Below are positions 1-11,935 of a DNA stretch of 64,000 bases, piece by piece. The notes beneath the pieces were generated by a model. It saw only the letters and a list, made by a program, of their open reading frames with translations. It searched no databases and was not told the DNA's origin. Numbering within the stretch: position 1 is the first letter of the stretch; the number at the start of each line of letters is the position of its first letter. Source of the stretch: Chiloscyllium plagiosum (taxonomy: Eukaryota); assembly GCF_004010195.1 (NCBI RefSeq), contig NC_057733.1, positions 46,377,816 through 46,441,815 on the forward strand. Reading direction: 5' to 3'. Made by a program: the position numbers and the translations under genes.

Positions 1-1286
1 AGATTCTGCCTGAACTGCTGTGCTTTTCCACCACCACTCTAATCTAGAATCTGGTTTCCAGCATCTGCAGTCCTTGTTTTTCCCGAGGATACTGGCACAT
101 TCAGACATCCTGTTTCTCAGATATACCAGCTGCTCTCACCTTTGACGATGTGGCAAGTGACCAGTGTCACCTCCTTTGGATCAACCAGACCAGCAGTAGG
201 CCTTCCAAAGGATCAGTTTTCCAGGAATAGGTCACCTGTCTACAAAGAGCTGCCAGCATATCATGTTCAGTGGCACCACCGGAGAGACCCATGATCATTG
301 CGTGATGGCAAGGGGTGTTTTGCAGGATTGGTGGTTGTGATGAAAAGGGGCAAGGGATTCAGCATTAAAGGCAGGAAGGTGGCTCTCAATGGACACACAT
401 CCTGTCACAATGCCATGTCCCTCAATCAGCACTAAGCAAATTATGTTTGACTAACTTGGTTTAGATTTTATGAGATAACAGAGAGGGCTGATGAGGATAA
501 TGCTGTTGATGTCATGTACATGGAGTGTATAAGTTTGACAAAAGGTGCCACAATACAGGCTCATCAGCAAAATTAAAGCCTATTAATTATAAACATGAAG
601 AAACAGACTGGTAACACTATGCCTATTTTCCTCAGAGAAGAAAGAGATTTGATATATGAAGGATCATGAACGATCTGGACAGAGAAGAACAGGAGAAATT
701 GATCATATTGATGGAAGGATCAAAAACCAGGGGACACTGATTGAATTTGAATGGCAAAAGAAGCAATGGAGACACTTTTTTTTTCTCTCAGCATAGCGTA
801 TCAAGGAACACATATTCTATGAGATCCACCTGGCTGACCTTATTTCAATCACTACACAGCTTTGACCTATCAGCCCAAGAATATCTCTGCACATTTGGTG
901 ACTCTGGATGTTGGTTTGCTCACTGAGCTGGAAGGGTGAAAATGAACCTGCCAGCTCAGCGAGCAAACCTACATCCAGAACCTCAACCTGAGCTACAAAT
1001 CTTCTCAAAACTCACCAACACCCATTGGTGACTCTGCTATGAACAGCATTGGGGAAAATGTAACGAAAAGGTATTGTGCAAATGCTTCTTTCAGACACAC
1101 ATGGAAAACAGAGAAATTACATTGAGGCAATAATGCTGATTGAACAATCAAAATGTTGCTCATTGTTTTGACAAAGTTATTGGTGAATTGATTTGCAAGA
1201 TTTCTTTCATATTTACAGAGGGGATTAAATACAGCCTAAACCAAGAATATGTTACACTTTCCAGTGGTGTGAACTAACAACATTAC

Positions 1287-1396
1287 CTTACTGATGCACT
1301 GGCTTGCTGGCTGACTTGTGTTGCACTGTTTGACCTTTGTAAATTGTTGATGGTACGAGAACTGTTGCCATTGACATTTCCATGCCCACCATTAAC
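1287..1396 (-). CDS. CEP131: CEP131 (AZI1) coding exon (second coding exon, 110 nt); gene continues beyond left edge
   Basis: Minus strand ctctctag|GTTAAT...CAGTAAG|gtaatg. Translates VNGGHGNVNGNSSRTINNLQRSNSATQVSQQASASV, matching the CEP131 motif INNLRRSNSTTQVSQ; in frame with the preceding exon. Confidence 0.9.
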
Positions 1397-2793
1397 CTAG
1401 AGAGAGGCAAACACATATCTTTTGCGGTTATAAATTTTCAATACTATGTTTATCATTCTCTTGGTTTCCCTTGCACTTATATTTTCACACACATCCAACA
1501 ATTTTTCCTACAAATTTTTATCCATTTCTGTAAACAATTCTAAGTACTGCAGCACATTTGTGATATTTTCAAATTTTGCATTTTGCGTTGTCCAATTTGA
1601 GTTGTAGTGCTGATTTTAGGTGGCAGAGAAGAAATGCACAGCAATACTAACAACAGGCAAAATCAATCATGGGCAATAGCACTAACTGTACCCATTTCTT
1701 CCTCACTAACTGGTTTATGGAACCTACCAGGCATGAGAAGATGCAGGTTGATGAATAGGCAGTAATAGTCACTTGTGATACTTCTATGCACCAGTAAACC
1801 AAGGGACGGCTGCTTATGTATAACATCTGGAACATGGAATTAAAAAGCACAGAAATATCCCAGACACAATCCCTGGTGTCACATATTAGCTAATCACAGC
1901 TTTGGCCAACACTGAGGAACTGGGGCAGGCAAGCAGTTGTGAAAGCAAGAACTAAAATTTGACACAGTATTCCTTGTGCAGTGATATAGAATGAAAAGTG
2001 TCCAGAATCTATGCTTCTAATCGCTCTCCAAAAGCTCACTGGAAAATACTTTTACAAGTGTCAAGTGAGAGTAATAAGGGAATTAGCAGTGATTAAGCTA
2101 AGGTTAAACTGGCCATAAGAGGAAGCATCCTTACCTCAAGGGCACATGGTCTGGATTCAAGTCCCACCTGTACCAGAGTGTGTCATAACATGTCGAATGT
2201 CCAACAAAACAACTAAATTGCCCACAAAATGACAACTTGGGTCTCATACCAGAAGTCTGCTGGCACATTAGATTTACTCACCATGGATTATCACATTCAT
2301 GAAAAATAACCATTTTCTCAAGAATCTAGTTGGTTTTGAAAATAAGACCTTAAGACATAGCAGAAGAGGTAGGCCATTTGGCCAATCAATGGGATCTTGG
2401 CTGATCTGATAATCCTTAACGTTACTTTACTACCTTTTCCCCATAACCCTGGGTTCCCTTATTGTTAAAAAAAAATTTGAATTGGCTCAATGACCCAGCC
2501 TCTGTGGTTCTCTGTAGTAAAGAATTCCACAGATTGTTTACCCTTTGAGAGAAGCAATTCCACTTTATCATTAATCTAACTAGGCAACCCTTTCTCTGAG
2601 ATTATGCCCTCTGGACCTAGACTCATCCAAATCCTTTGTGCAATTACCTTATCAACTGCTGTCCACCAAACATCTTATGCTTCAATTAAGGTCTCGCCTT
2701 AGTCTTCGAAACATCTTTGAGTTTGTAAACCTAAGTTTCTAAACTCCTAAAGTTCTATAAAGTTACATCACAGATTCCATCGGTATTATTTAC

Positions 2794-2961
2794 CAAAGTG
2801 TTCCTTTTGGCCTTGGTCTCAGAGATGACAGAGGTGGAGCGTGTTAGCTGTTTGGCAGGTGATGCACTGCTGGGGCGTTTAGTCATGGGTAACTGAGAGC
2901 CAGTCAAGCTAAGATCAAATCCATCACTGAGGAATGAAGAACTGCTTCGTGATGTATTCAT
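2794..2961 (-). CDS. CEP131: CEP131 first coding exon (exon spans 2794-2985, ATG at 2961)
   Basis: Acceptor ttcatttcag|G at 2985, donor TTG|gtaaat at 2794. MNTSRSSSSFLSDGFDLSLTGSQLPMTKRPSSASPAKQLTRSTSVISETKAKRNTL resembles the human CEP131 N-terminus (GVDLSLTG..RRPGSA..RSVSV..KRKVL). Confidence 0.9.
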
Positions 2962-5284
2962 TGTGAATGCACATTAAAAAGAAACCTGAAATGAAATTGG
3001 AAAATGATATGTTAATATTTGCCTTTTGAATCCCAGTCGTTTAATACTTCAAAATAATTAGGATTTCTTTGCAGCTTTCAGAATAATCACTTGCGTCTGA
3101 GGCCTGTTCTAGTTTTAAATTTAAGGAATACTTTGTTTGTTGAAACAGTCAAAGTATTTGCTAAAGTCCGAAATGAAGATTTCATTATACTTTCTACCAG
3201 CATGCACAGCAAACAGGTTTAATAACACCAGCTGAATTCAGTTGGCAACAGTCTAAGCACTATATCCAGGACCCTCTTGTGACACAATGGTAATGTCCTT
3301 ATCCTTGGAACAAAAGGCATGAGTTCAAGTCCCACCTAATCCATCGCTGAACAGGTTGAAGGAGAAAAATAAATTCAGAAATAAAAAATTCCTGAAGACA
3401 GTAAACATCCTGTTCCTATCTATCCCTCATTTTTTGTGTTATTGCATAGCCTTTAACAGTTCGACTGGTGTTCCTGTTCATCTGTGTGTATGGATACGAA
3501 TGATAGTTGGTCATGTCTTTTGGTGGCTAGTTGGTGCTCATGTAACCTGGTGGCTAGTTTCCTGCTCATCTGTCCAATGTAATGTTTGTTGCAGTCCTTG
3601 CAGGGATTTTTGTATATGAAGTTCGTTCTGCTGGTTATTGGTACGGGGTCCTTTAACTTTGTCAGGAGCTGTTTCAGTGTGGTGGTAGGTTTGTGGGCTA
3701 TAATGATGCCTAGGGGGCCGATGTAGTCTGGTTGTCATCTCCGAGATGCCTTTAACATGTGGCAGGGTGGCTCAAGTCTCTGGGCGTGTTGGGTCTTCTT
3801 CTTTAGGTCTGTTATGTAGGAAACGGCAGACTGTGCATATTGGGTACTCGTTGTTCCTGAATACATTGTACAGGTGTTTTTCCTTGGCTTATCTTAGTTC
3901 CTGGGTGCTGCAGTGTGTTGGGGCTCATTTAAATAATGTCCTGATGCAGCTCCATTTGTGGGTGTTGGGATGATTGCTCCTGCAGTTGATTATCTGGTCA
4001 GTGTGTGTGGCTTTCCTGTAAATGCTGGTCTGTAGCTCTCCATTGGCTTTGCGTCTTACCATGACATCTATGAAGGGGAGTCTGTTGTTGTTCTCTTGCT
4101 CTTTGGTGAACTTTATACTTGCAAGGATGTTGTTTTGTGTTTGTGGGTTTCTTCTAATTTGTTGCATTTTATGATGACAAAACATGCCATCCACATAGTG
4201 GACCTAAAGCTTGGGCTGGATCATGGGATGGGCTTTTCGTTCTAACCCCTTCATAACCGCTTCTGCTAAGAGTTCTGATACTGGTGATCCCATAGGTGTC
4301 TCATTGATTTGTTTGTAGGTCTTAGCGTTGAAGGTGAAGTGGGTTGTGAGGCACAAGTCTATTAGTTTGAGGATGTTGTCCTTGCTGGTGGAGTTAGTGC
4401 CGTCAGGTTTGTCTCGCCGTAAGGCCAGTGTTTCTTTGGCTAGGGTGACATTTATTGATGTGAATAGGGCCATCACATAGAAAGAAACCATGACCTCATT
4501 GTCCTCTATCTTCGTGCCTTTGATGATGTTAAGGAATTCCTGGGTGGAGTGGATGGAGTTGCTTGACTCTACTACTAGGTATTTCAGTTTGCGTTGCAGT
4601 TCCTTTGCTAGTTTGTATGTTGGTGCACTGGGAAGAGAGAGTATGGGTCTGAGGGAAGGGCCTTGTTGATGTACTTTTCGTAATCTGTAGAAACGGAGTG
4701 TGTTTGATCCTTCAGGTTTCATTCTTTGGAAGTCTGTCTTGTTAATTTCATCTGTCTTGTGAAGTTTCCCCAGGAATGCTGTAATAGGGTTTTCTGGAGT
4801 CAGGTCCATCACCATCTGCTGTTAGGTATCGGTATCTGTGTGGACTGTGTTTGCTGTTTCAATGTATTGTGCTCTGTTCAGGATTACAGTTATGCTCCCT
4901 TTGTCTGCTGGTAGGGTTACAATATTTCTGACTTTTCTGACTCCTTCCACAGCTTTCCTTTCCAGTGTGTTGAGGGTGTTCCATTCTTTCTTTCTGCTTA
5001 ATGTTGGTGCTACTGTCTGCCTGAAGGGCCTGCTCGATTTCTTCCATAAGTCCATTGTCTTTCAGGGTGGATTCCAGTGCTGCCAGGAAGTCCTTTTTGA
5101 CCTCATCCCTGAAGTTCATCCCTCGTACTATGACGGCTTTTTCCCATGTCTGTGAGTGGTCGGTTCAATAGGTGCTTTATCCAAGTCTCTGAATTGTCCG
5201 TGTTATTGCTGTGTGTAAGTTTAGCTACTTTTTCTTGTAGGGCTAGTATTTTTTTTGTCTTGGTCTGCTGGTGTTTAGTGTTGA

Positions 5285-5381
5285 GAGTGTAATGCTGGAA
5301 AAGCACAGCAGGTCAGGCAACATCGGAGGAGCAGGAGAATCAACCTTTCACACATGAACCCTTCATCAGGAATGAGGGAAC
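5285..5381 (-). mobile_element. Short PLE terminal-repeat element nested in the PLE ORF
   Basis: gctggaaaagcacagcaggtcagg family; 13-bp TSD tgtttagt(g/c)ttga at 5272-5284 and 5382-5394. Confidence 0.7.
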
Positions 5382-5612
5382 TGTTTAGTCTTGATTGCTC
5401 CTTCTAGCGTACTTGTCTATTCATGGTCAGTCACATTAATATACATAGTTTTTGGGCCCAAAATTTCTCATTCGTATTTGTGGAGTGGGTTGGGAGCATC
5501 ATTTGTCATTTACCAACCTCTCAGAAAAAGAGCCAGAAGTGATATCACCCACCACAACAGACCAAGACACATAAATAGCCATCGGGACAGAACACCAGCG
5601 CTTCACCAGAGG

Positions 5613-5654
5613 CTCACTGATGATGTTACCTAGCATGGTGACGAAACATCTGAG
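5613..5654 (+). ncRNA. Minimal type I hammerhead ribozyme in PLE pLTR
   Basis: ctca-CTGATGA-t-GTTACC-tagcat-GGTGAC-GAAA-ca-TC-tgag: conserved core, paired stems I and II. Confidence 0.75.
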
Positions 5655-7584
5655 AACAAATCTACTAGCTCAGCAAGCAAACTTACAACTTACATTACGT
5701 TTATCTAACCTTTTAGAGTTGCTTGAAGTAGTAATATCAACTGTGAATGACCAGTGGACATACTCCACTTAAAACTTTCAGAAGGCATTAGATGAAATAT
5801 CTCATCAGAAAATTAAATATCAGGTCATAAATTATATCACTGGCAAGGATAGAAAATTGCTTAGCTAATTTGTTCTGTATTGCCAACCCAAAAACTATTT
5901 ATGCCTATACTGCTTTTCGTTAGCTAAGCAATTTTCTTTCCTTGCCAGTGATATAATTTGCAATTTACGTAAATAATTTAGATGAAGAGGCTAAATGTAC
6001 AGTTGTCAAACCTGCAAATGAAACAAATGTAAGGAGTAAAGGAAGTTGTGAAGAGGAATCAAGGGGACTATAGAAAAATTACGGATACATGAGCTGAGTA
6101 GACAAAGGTTAGCAAATTGATTATAATGTGGGAAATTATGAAATTGTCCATTTTGGAAATAATAATTTAAAAAGCACAGTAAGAGATTGTAGATCTCTGA
6201 GATACCCAGGGATGTAGATGTCCCAGTGCATAAATCACAAAAGGAAAGTTTGTAGCTGCATCAAATAAGTAGAAAAGCTAATAGAATATCAGTTTAATGT
6301 GATGATTTTTAATATGTCATCACCAATCATTGGTGGTACTTTTTATTCATTTTCCACCAGCAATAAGTCATCTGTGGTTTCAATTAACCAATTTACATGC
6401 AAAGCTAGCAAGGGCGATGCAGTGTACCACCAAATGTGAGGGAAAGGAAGGAACAGAGGGAGCGGATTAAAGCAAAATGGAGTTGGAGAGGAGGTGATAA
6501 AGCACTGCAGCCCCTGCAGTGCCTATGTTTCTCTAAAAGTGTCAAGAATATTGGACATCACATGCTCCCTCACCAAGAATACAGAAAAACATATTTCTTC
6601 CTTTTCTTATATCCAGAAGTCCTATCACACACAACTGAATAGCTTTTCCCACCACCAAATCCCTTGTAGACATGTTCATTTATTAACCCCCACCATTAAA
6701 CCATCCTTGTTTCCAACTATTGAATTTACATGTAGAGTTCATTAAGGACAACACACTAACATCAAAGTGAGGGAGAGGTAGGGGAGGGGCTAAATCAAAA
6801 CGGAGTTGGAAGGAGAGATAAGGCACTCTTCCCCTTGAGGAGCTCCACCAACTTGTTGGCACCATCCACACCGGATAGATTTTTGGTAAGTAGTGGGGTG
6901 AAAGGCTATCAGGGGTTGGCATAAATGTGGAGATGAGGTTAAAAAGGCCAGCTACAAATCAAATGGTGGACCAGGCTTGAAGGGCCGAATGGTCTACTCC
7001 TGCTCTTAATTTGTATCTTCGTATGTTTGTAATACTATGTACTCTCATTGTATTTCATCTGCTACTGAAGTTGTCAGATACACCTTTATCACCTCCAAAC
7101 TTGACCAGTTGACTCCTCTCCATGCCAGTCTCCCAAACTCCAGCATCTATAAACTTCAGTTTATCTGAACCTCTGCTTTGTGTATTTTAACTAATCAGGC
7201 CCTTTCACTCACTATCCCTCTTCTTCCATTTAAAATACTCATTCTCATGTTTAAACCCCTTTATTGTAATGACCCTCATTATTTTATCTTCCTGAAGACA
7301 TTCACCCCTACCCTGCTTGTCCAACAGGAAGTTACTGTTTCTTACATTTGCCCTTTGATATGCACTTGCCCCATTGTTCGCCCCATCATTAGAAGCCATG
7401 CTTGCAGCAGTTTACCCCCTGTGATATACATTTCTGAAACCTTTTTCCACCTCCCTCGACCTCTCTCTTGATCAAATAAAAGTCATACAGCATGGAAAAC
7501 AGAATCTTCAATCCAACTCATCCACAGCAACCAAACATCCCAATCTGAGGTTGTAAGCTTGCTTGCTGAGCTGGAAGGTTTGTT

Positions 7585-7626
7585 CTCAGACATTTCATCA
7601 CCATGCTAGGTAACATCATCAGTGAG
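7585..7626 (-). ncRNA. Minimal type I hammerhead ribozyme in PLE pLTR (sense to CEP131 intron 1)
   Basis: Reverse complement ctca-CTGATGA-tGTTACC-tagcat-GGTGAT-GAAA-tg-TC-tgag. Confidence 0.7.
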
Positions 7627-8051
7627 CCTCTGATGATGTGCTGGTGTTACGTCTTGTTTTCTGTTGATGTGCCTTGGCCTGTTACGGTGGGTGATATCAT
7701 TTCCGGTTATTTTTCTCAGAGGTTGGTAAGTGGGGTCCAAATCAACGTGTTTATTGATGGAGTACCAGTTTTAATGCCAGGCCTCTATGAATTCCCGGGC
7801 ATGTCTCTGTCTAGCCTGTCTGAGGATGGATGCGTTGTCTCAATCAAAGTGGTGTCCTTCTTCATCTGTACATAAGGTTGCTAGTGATAATGGATCATGT
7901 CTTTTGGTGGCTAGATGATGTTCATGTATCCTGCTGGCTAGTTTTCTGCCTGTCTGTCTGATGTAGTATTTGTTACAGTCTTCACAGAGTATTTAGGAAA
8001 TTACACTTGTTTTGCTGGTTGTTGGCATAGGGTCCTTTAGGTTCATAAGTA

Positions 8052-8224
8052 CAGAGGAACCTCAATTATTGGCATTCTATTATCCAAATTTTGGATTATC
8101 TGACAAGATCACAAGGTCCCGATGCTTGGCTAAACTATGCCATCCGGCATTCAATTATCCAGCATTTGATTAACTGAACGAAATACTCTCCACCCATGTC
8201 CTTCGGATAATCAAGGTTCCTCTG
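8052..8224. mobile_element. Tc1/mariner (Tigger/pogo-like) MITE
   Basis: TA|CAGAGGAACCTCAATTAT...ATAATCAAGGTTCCTCTG|TA terminal inverted repeats with TA TSD, interrupting the PLE. Confidence 0.85.
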
Positions 8225-9106
8225 TAGCTGTTTCAGTGTGTTGGTAGGTTTGTGGGCTACCATGATGCCAGGGGGTCGGAGTAGTCTGGTAGTCCAAGAT
8301 GTCTTTGATGTATGACAGGATGGCTAAAGTTTCTGGGTGTGTTGTGTCTACTTGTTTGGGCTTGTTATTTAAGATGCAACCCAAACTTTGGGTCCACTAT
8401 ATGGATGACATCTTTGTCATCACAAAATGGAACAAATTAGAGGAAACCTACAATATCATTAACAACATCTTTACTGGCATAAATTTCACCGAAGAGGAAG
8501 AGAACAACAGCAGACTCCCCTTCCTAGATGTCACAGTGGAACAAATAGTTAACAGAGAACTGCAGACCAGCGTCTACAGGAAAGCAACACACACACAGAT
8601 CAGATACTTAACTACAGAAGCAATCATCCCAACACCTATAAACGGAGCTGCATCAGGGTATTATTTAAACAGGCCACAACGCACTGCAGCACACAGGAAA
8701 TACAAGCAGCAAATGAAAAATACCTACACAGTGACTTCATGGAGAATTGGTACCCAATTTCACAGTCCACCTATTTCTCAACAACAAACCCAAACAAGCA
8801 AACAATGCGCCCAGAAATTCTAGCCACATTACAATACATCAAAGACGTCTCTGAAATGACTACCAGACTACTCTGACCCCTTGGCATCATGGTAGCCCAC
8901 AAACCAACCAACACACTTAAACATCAGCTGATGAACCTAATTCATAAGAGGCCTGGCATTCAAACTGGACCTCCGTCAATAAACACATCAACTTGGACCC
9001 CATTTACCAACCTCTGAGAAAAAAACCCAGAAATGTCATCACCACCCTAAGGAAACCTAAACACATAACTAGAATGCAGAGAGAACACCAGCGCTTCACT
9101 GGAGTC

Positions 9107-9146
9107 TCACTGATGATGTTACCCAAGATGGTGACGAAACGTCTGA
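9107..9146 (+). ncRNA. Minimal type I hammerhead ribozyme, canonical GAAACGUC
   Basis: tca-CTGATGA-tGTTACC-caagat-GGTGAC-GAAA-cg-TC-tga. Confidence 0.8.
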
Positions 9147-9224
9147 AAACAAACCTGGCAGCTCAATGAGCAAACTTACAACTTGAACCTCAACCGAAGC
9201 TACAAATCTTCTCAAAAACGTAAA

Positions 9225-10760
9225 TCACAATCTTATTCAGTTCCGTTTGCCAGCATTTGGCCACATCCCTCTAAACCCTTCCTATTCATGTACCCAATCA
9301 GATGCCTTTTAAAATGATGTAATTGTATCAGCCTCCACCACTTCCCTTTGGCAGTTTGTTCCATACACACACTACCCTTTGCATGAAAAGGTTGCCCCTT
9401 AGGTCAATTTTATATCTGTCCCTTCTCACCTTAAACTATACCCTCAAATTTTAGACACCCCTAGTCCAGGAAAGCGATCTTGGCTGTTCAAGCCACAGCC
9501 TATTCAGCAATTCCTTATAATTCAAACCGTCCATTTCTGGCAACATTCTCGTCAAACTTTTCTGAACCCTCTCAAGTTTAACAACATCCTTCCTATAGAA
9601 GGACAACCAGAACTGATTACAGTATTCTAAAAGTGGCCTCACCAATGTCTTATACAGCCACAACATGATAGCTCAATTCCTATATTCAATGTTCTGACCA
9701 ATGAAGGTAAGCATGCTAAATGCCTTCTTCACCACCCTGTCTACCTGCGACTCCATTTTCAAGGAACTACACACCTGCACCACTAGGTCTCTCTGTTTAG
9801 CCACACACCCAAGGGTCCTACTGAGAATGTGTATAGGTTATAAGCAGGCAGAGAAAGAGTCAAGTTCTGAGTTTTGTGAAACAAGAGGTTCAGCTGAGCA
9901 GAACGCAGATCAGATAAGAACTTGCAGTTAACAATGGGGTGCTGGAGGCAAGGGTAATGGGTTAACAAGGTGGAAAAGCATTCATTATGTACAGCCATTT
10001 AACAAGATAAGGTAGCATTCAATATGTGAGGCCAGTTCAACAAGGTGAAAAGTATTCATTAAGTGAAGCCAGCCCCAACAAGGGCCATTGTGTAACAGCA
10101 GATGGCTTAATCTTTACTATTGACACTTGCTGATTGCAACGGTCACCAAATCAATATATATCTTGCCTAATCTGGATGCTCCCCCCTGTAAAATAACTAT
10201 ATAATTCATCGAGAAACTGCTATTCCAAAGAAGACCATGAACTCATGTTTCTGTGCTCTCATGGGCGATCATTCTCTCTCCCTCCAACGCCCGGAATAAA
10301 GATGAAGGAGGTAAAACTATTCTGTGTCTCTGAACATTTTGCTTCGACTGAGGGGGGAAAACAGGACAACACTACCATTAACAAATCCTGCTCTGGTTTG
10401 CCTTACCAAAATGCTACACCTCACACTTATCTAAATTAAATTCCATTTGCCACTCACCAGCCCACTGGCCATCTGATCAAGGGCCCAATGTATTCTGAGA
10501 TACACTGTCCTTCCTCACTGTCCACTACACCATCTTTCTTGGTGTCATCTGTAAACTTACTAACCATATCTCCTACATTCACATCATAATAATTTATATA
10601 AAAACGAAAAGCAGTGGAACCAGACTAATCCTTTTAGCACACCCATGGTCACAAGCCTCTAGTCCGAAAAGTAACCCACTACTCTATCTCCTACTTTCAA
10701 TCCAATTTTGTATCCAATTTGCTAGCTCCCCCAGATTTCATGTGATGTAATCTTACTAAA
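9225..10760 (-). mobile_element. CR1 LINE fragment (tail at 7480-7545) interrupted by a PLE and a solo LTR
   Basis: LYKTLVRPLLEYC..KLERVQK motif. Confidence 0.85.
9822..10371 (+). mobile_element. Solo LTR (ERV- or Gypsy-type), 550 bp, nested in CR1
   Basis: TG...CA termini; 4-bp TSD CTAC (9818-9821 / 10372-10375); TATATAA at 10198; AATAAA at 10295; CR1 resumes on both sides. Confidence 0.8.
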
Positions 10761-11549
10761 AATCTTTGGTCATCCATGCTAACACATTGCTCTTCATTTT
10801 AAAAATCTATGTGTGTGTCGGATCATGTTTCTGTGACTTCCCTTTACTACATTAAAATACACTGCAAGTGGTTATTCTTTGCTAACTTCATTAAGAAATA
10901 CTTATTCATAGATTTGCTTCATGGATTTCTTTGACAAATACATACAACTTAAATCTCATACTCCGCAGTACCAAAGTTAAACATTTTTAAAACATGCTCA
11001 AAACGACTAAAGCAAAAACAGTTCTGTAATTGTAAAATTTAATTCAAAAGGTAAAACAATCATAAAGGACAATGAAAATATAAAAGTCAGCAAACGGTTA
11101 AAAGCATCAGATTTATGGTAATGTCTAAGGATCAGCCAAGTTCATGAAAACATAAATCTTTAATCACAAGTGCCCTGGATCAGATGGCCAAAAAGCATCA
11201 GATAGCATTAAGCTATCACTACTGAAAATGTACCTTGCTAAAGCTTATTCTGAAAATGCCAATTCTGAGCAAATGTAAAAATAAAATCACTGTTCAGTTT
11301 ATCTACCCTGGAAAATTGTTTTGGCAATTCTCTTCAGCAAGAACACAAGGTTATTTTCACGGCATATGTGAATTTTGGTGATCAGCAGTTAGTACTGTTT
11401 GTCGATCTGGACAGTTTAGAAGTTACCTTGAAGTTCCTGTATCTGGAAAGGGAAAGCCTCCCACATAGCACCAACCATTACTCATTAAAGATTACATCTA
11501 GCTCCTTATTCTGTGAACTACTTTTATACTGGTTCTGAATGTGTGAAAA

Positions 11550-11935
11550 CACTGAAAAGGACCTCTTCATCATTGTATTTTGGTGCACTTGCACTTCAAC
11601 CTAACTGTAGTGATTGGAACCAGGTTGGTCTTGTTGATGAGGTCATTGATTGGCCCATGTTAATAGCTGGTGAAGGGCTTTTGCCTGAAACGTCGATTTT
11701 TCTGCTCCTCGGATGCTGCCTGAACTGTTGTGCTTTTCCAGCACCACTCTAATCTAGAATCTAGTTTCCAGCATCTGCAGTCCTTTGTTTTACCAGGTTA
11801 ATAACTCCAATCAGAAAATCCCTGGCTGACTAATATAACCAGAAGACTCCGCCATTAGGCGGTGGTACGGGAAAAAAGGCTTTTAAAAAATCAAGTGATT
11901 CTGAACTGGCTGGCCAGCCTCTGAGCAGTTATTCC
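11550..11935 (+). mobile_element. Second copy of the same LTR-like host element
   Basis: gttaataactccaatcagaaaatccctggctgactaatataaccagaag aligns with the reverse complement of 46755-46805; the 3' end gccagcctctgagcagttatt aligns with the reverse complement of 44556-44577. Confidence 0.55.
11669..11792 (+). mobile_element. Short PLE terminal-repeat element
   Basis: Same family; 14-bp TSD ccatgttaatagct / ccaggttaataact at 11655-11668 and 11793-11806. Confidence 0.7.

Larger units (their letters stand above)
3460..5690 (-). mobile_element. Decayed Penelope-like retroelement (RT plus GIY-YIG region on minus) with an inverted pLTR at ~5505-5690
   Basis: Frameshifted ORFs with PLE RT motifs (LRPILS, VMVSFYVMALFTSI, PMGSPVS, LPFIDV, IYRKATHTD); the terminal repeat contains a hammerhead. 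Confidence 0.85.
7545..9225. mobile_element. Penelope-like element with inverted structure (pLTR and endonuclease on minus 7545-8370; RT thumb, endonuclease and pLTR on plus 8370-9225), inserted in a CR1 3' end
   Basis: ORF 8299-8823 carries WVHYMDDIF, LPFLDV and VYRKATHT; both termini share the same hammerhead-bearing repeat in opposite orientation. Confidence 0.85.

Noticed and set aside
1282-1291. Alternative donor CA|GTAAG 5 nt upstream of the CEP131 exon end
   Set aside because: It would change the exon phase relative to the AG|GTAATG site that fits the ortholog; no supporting evidence.
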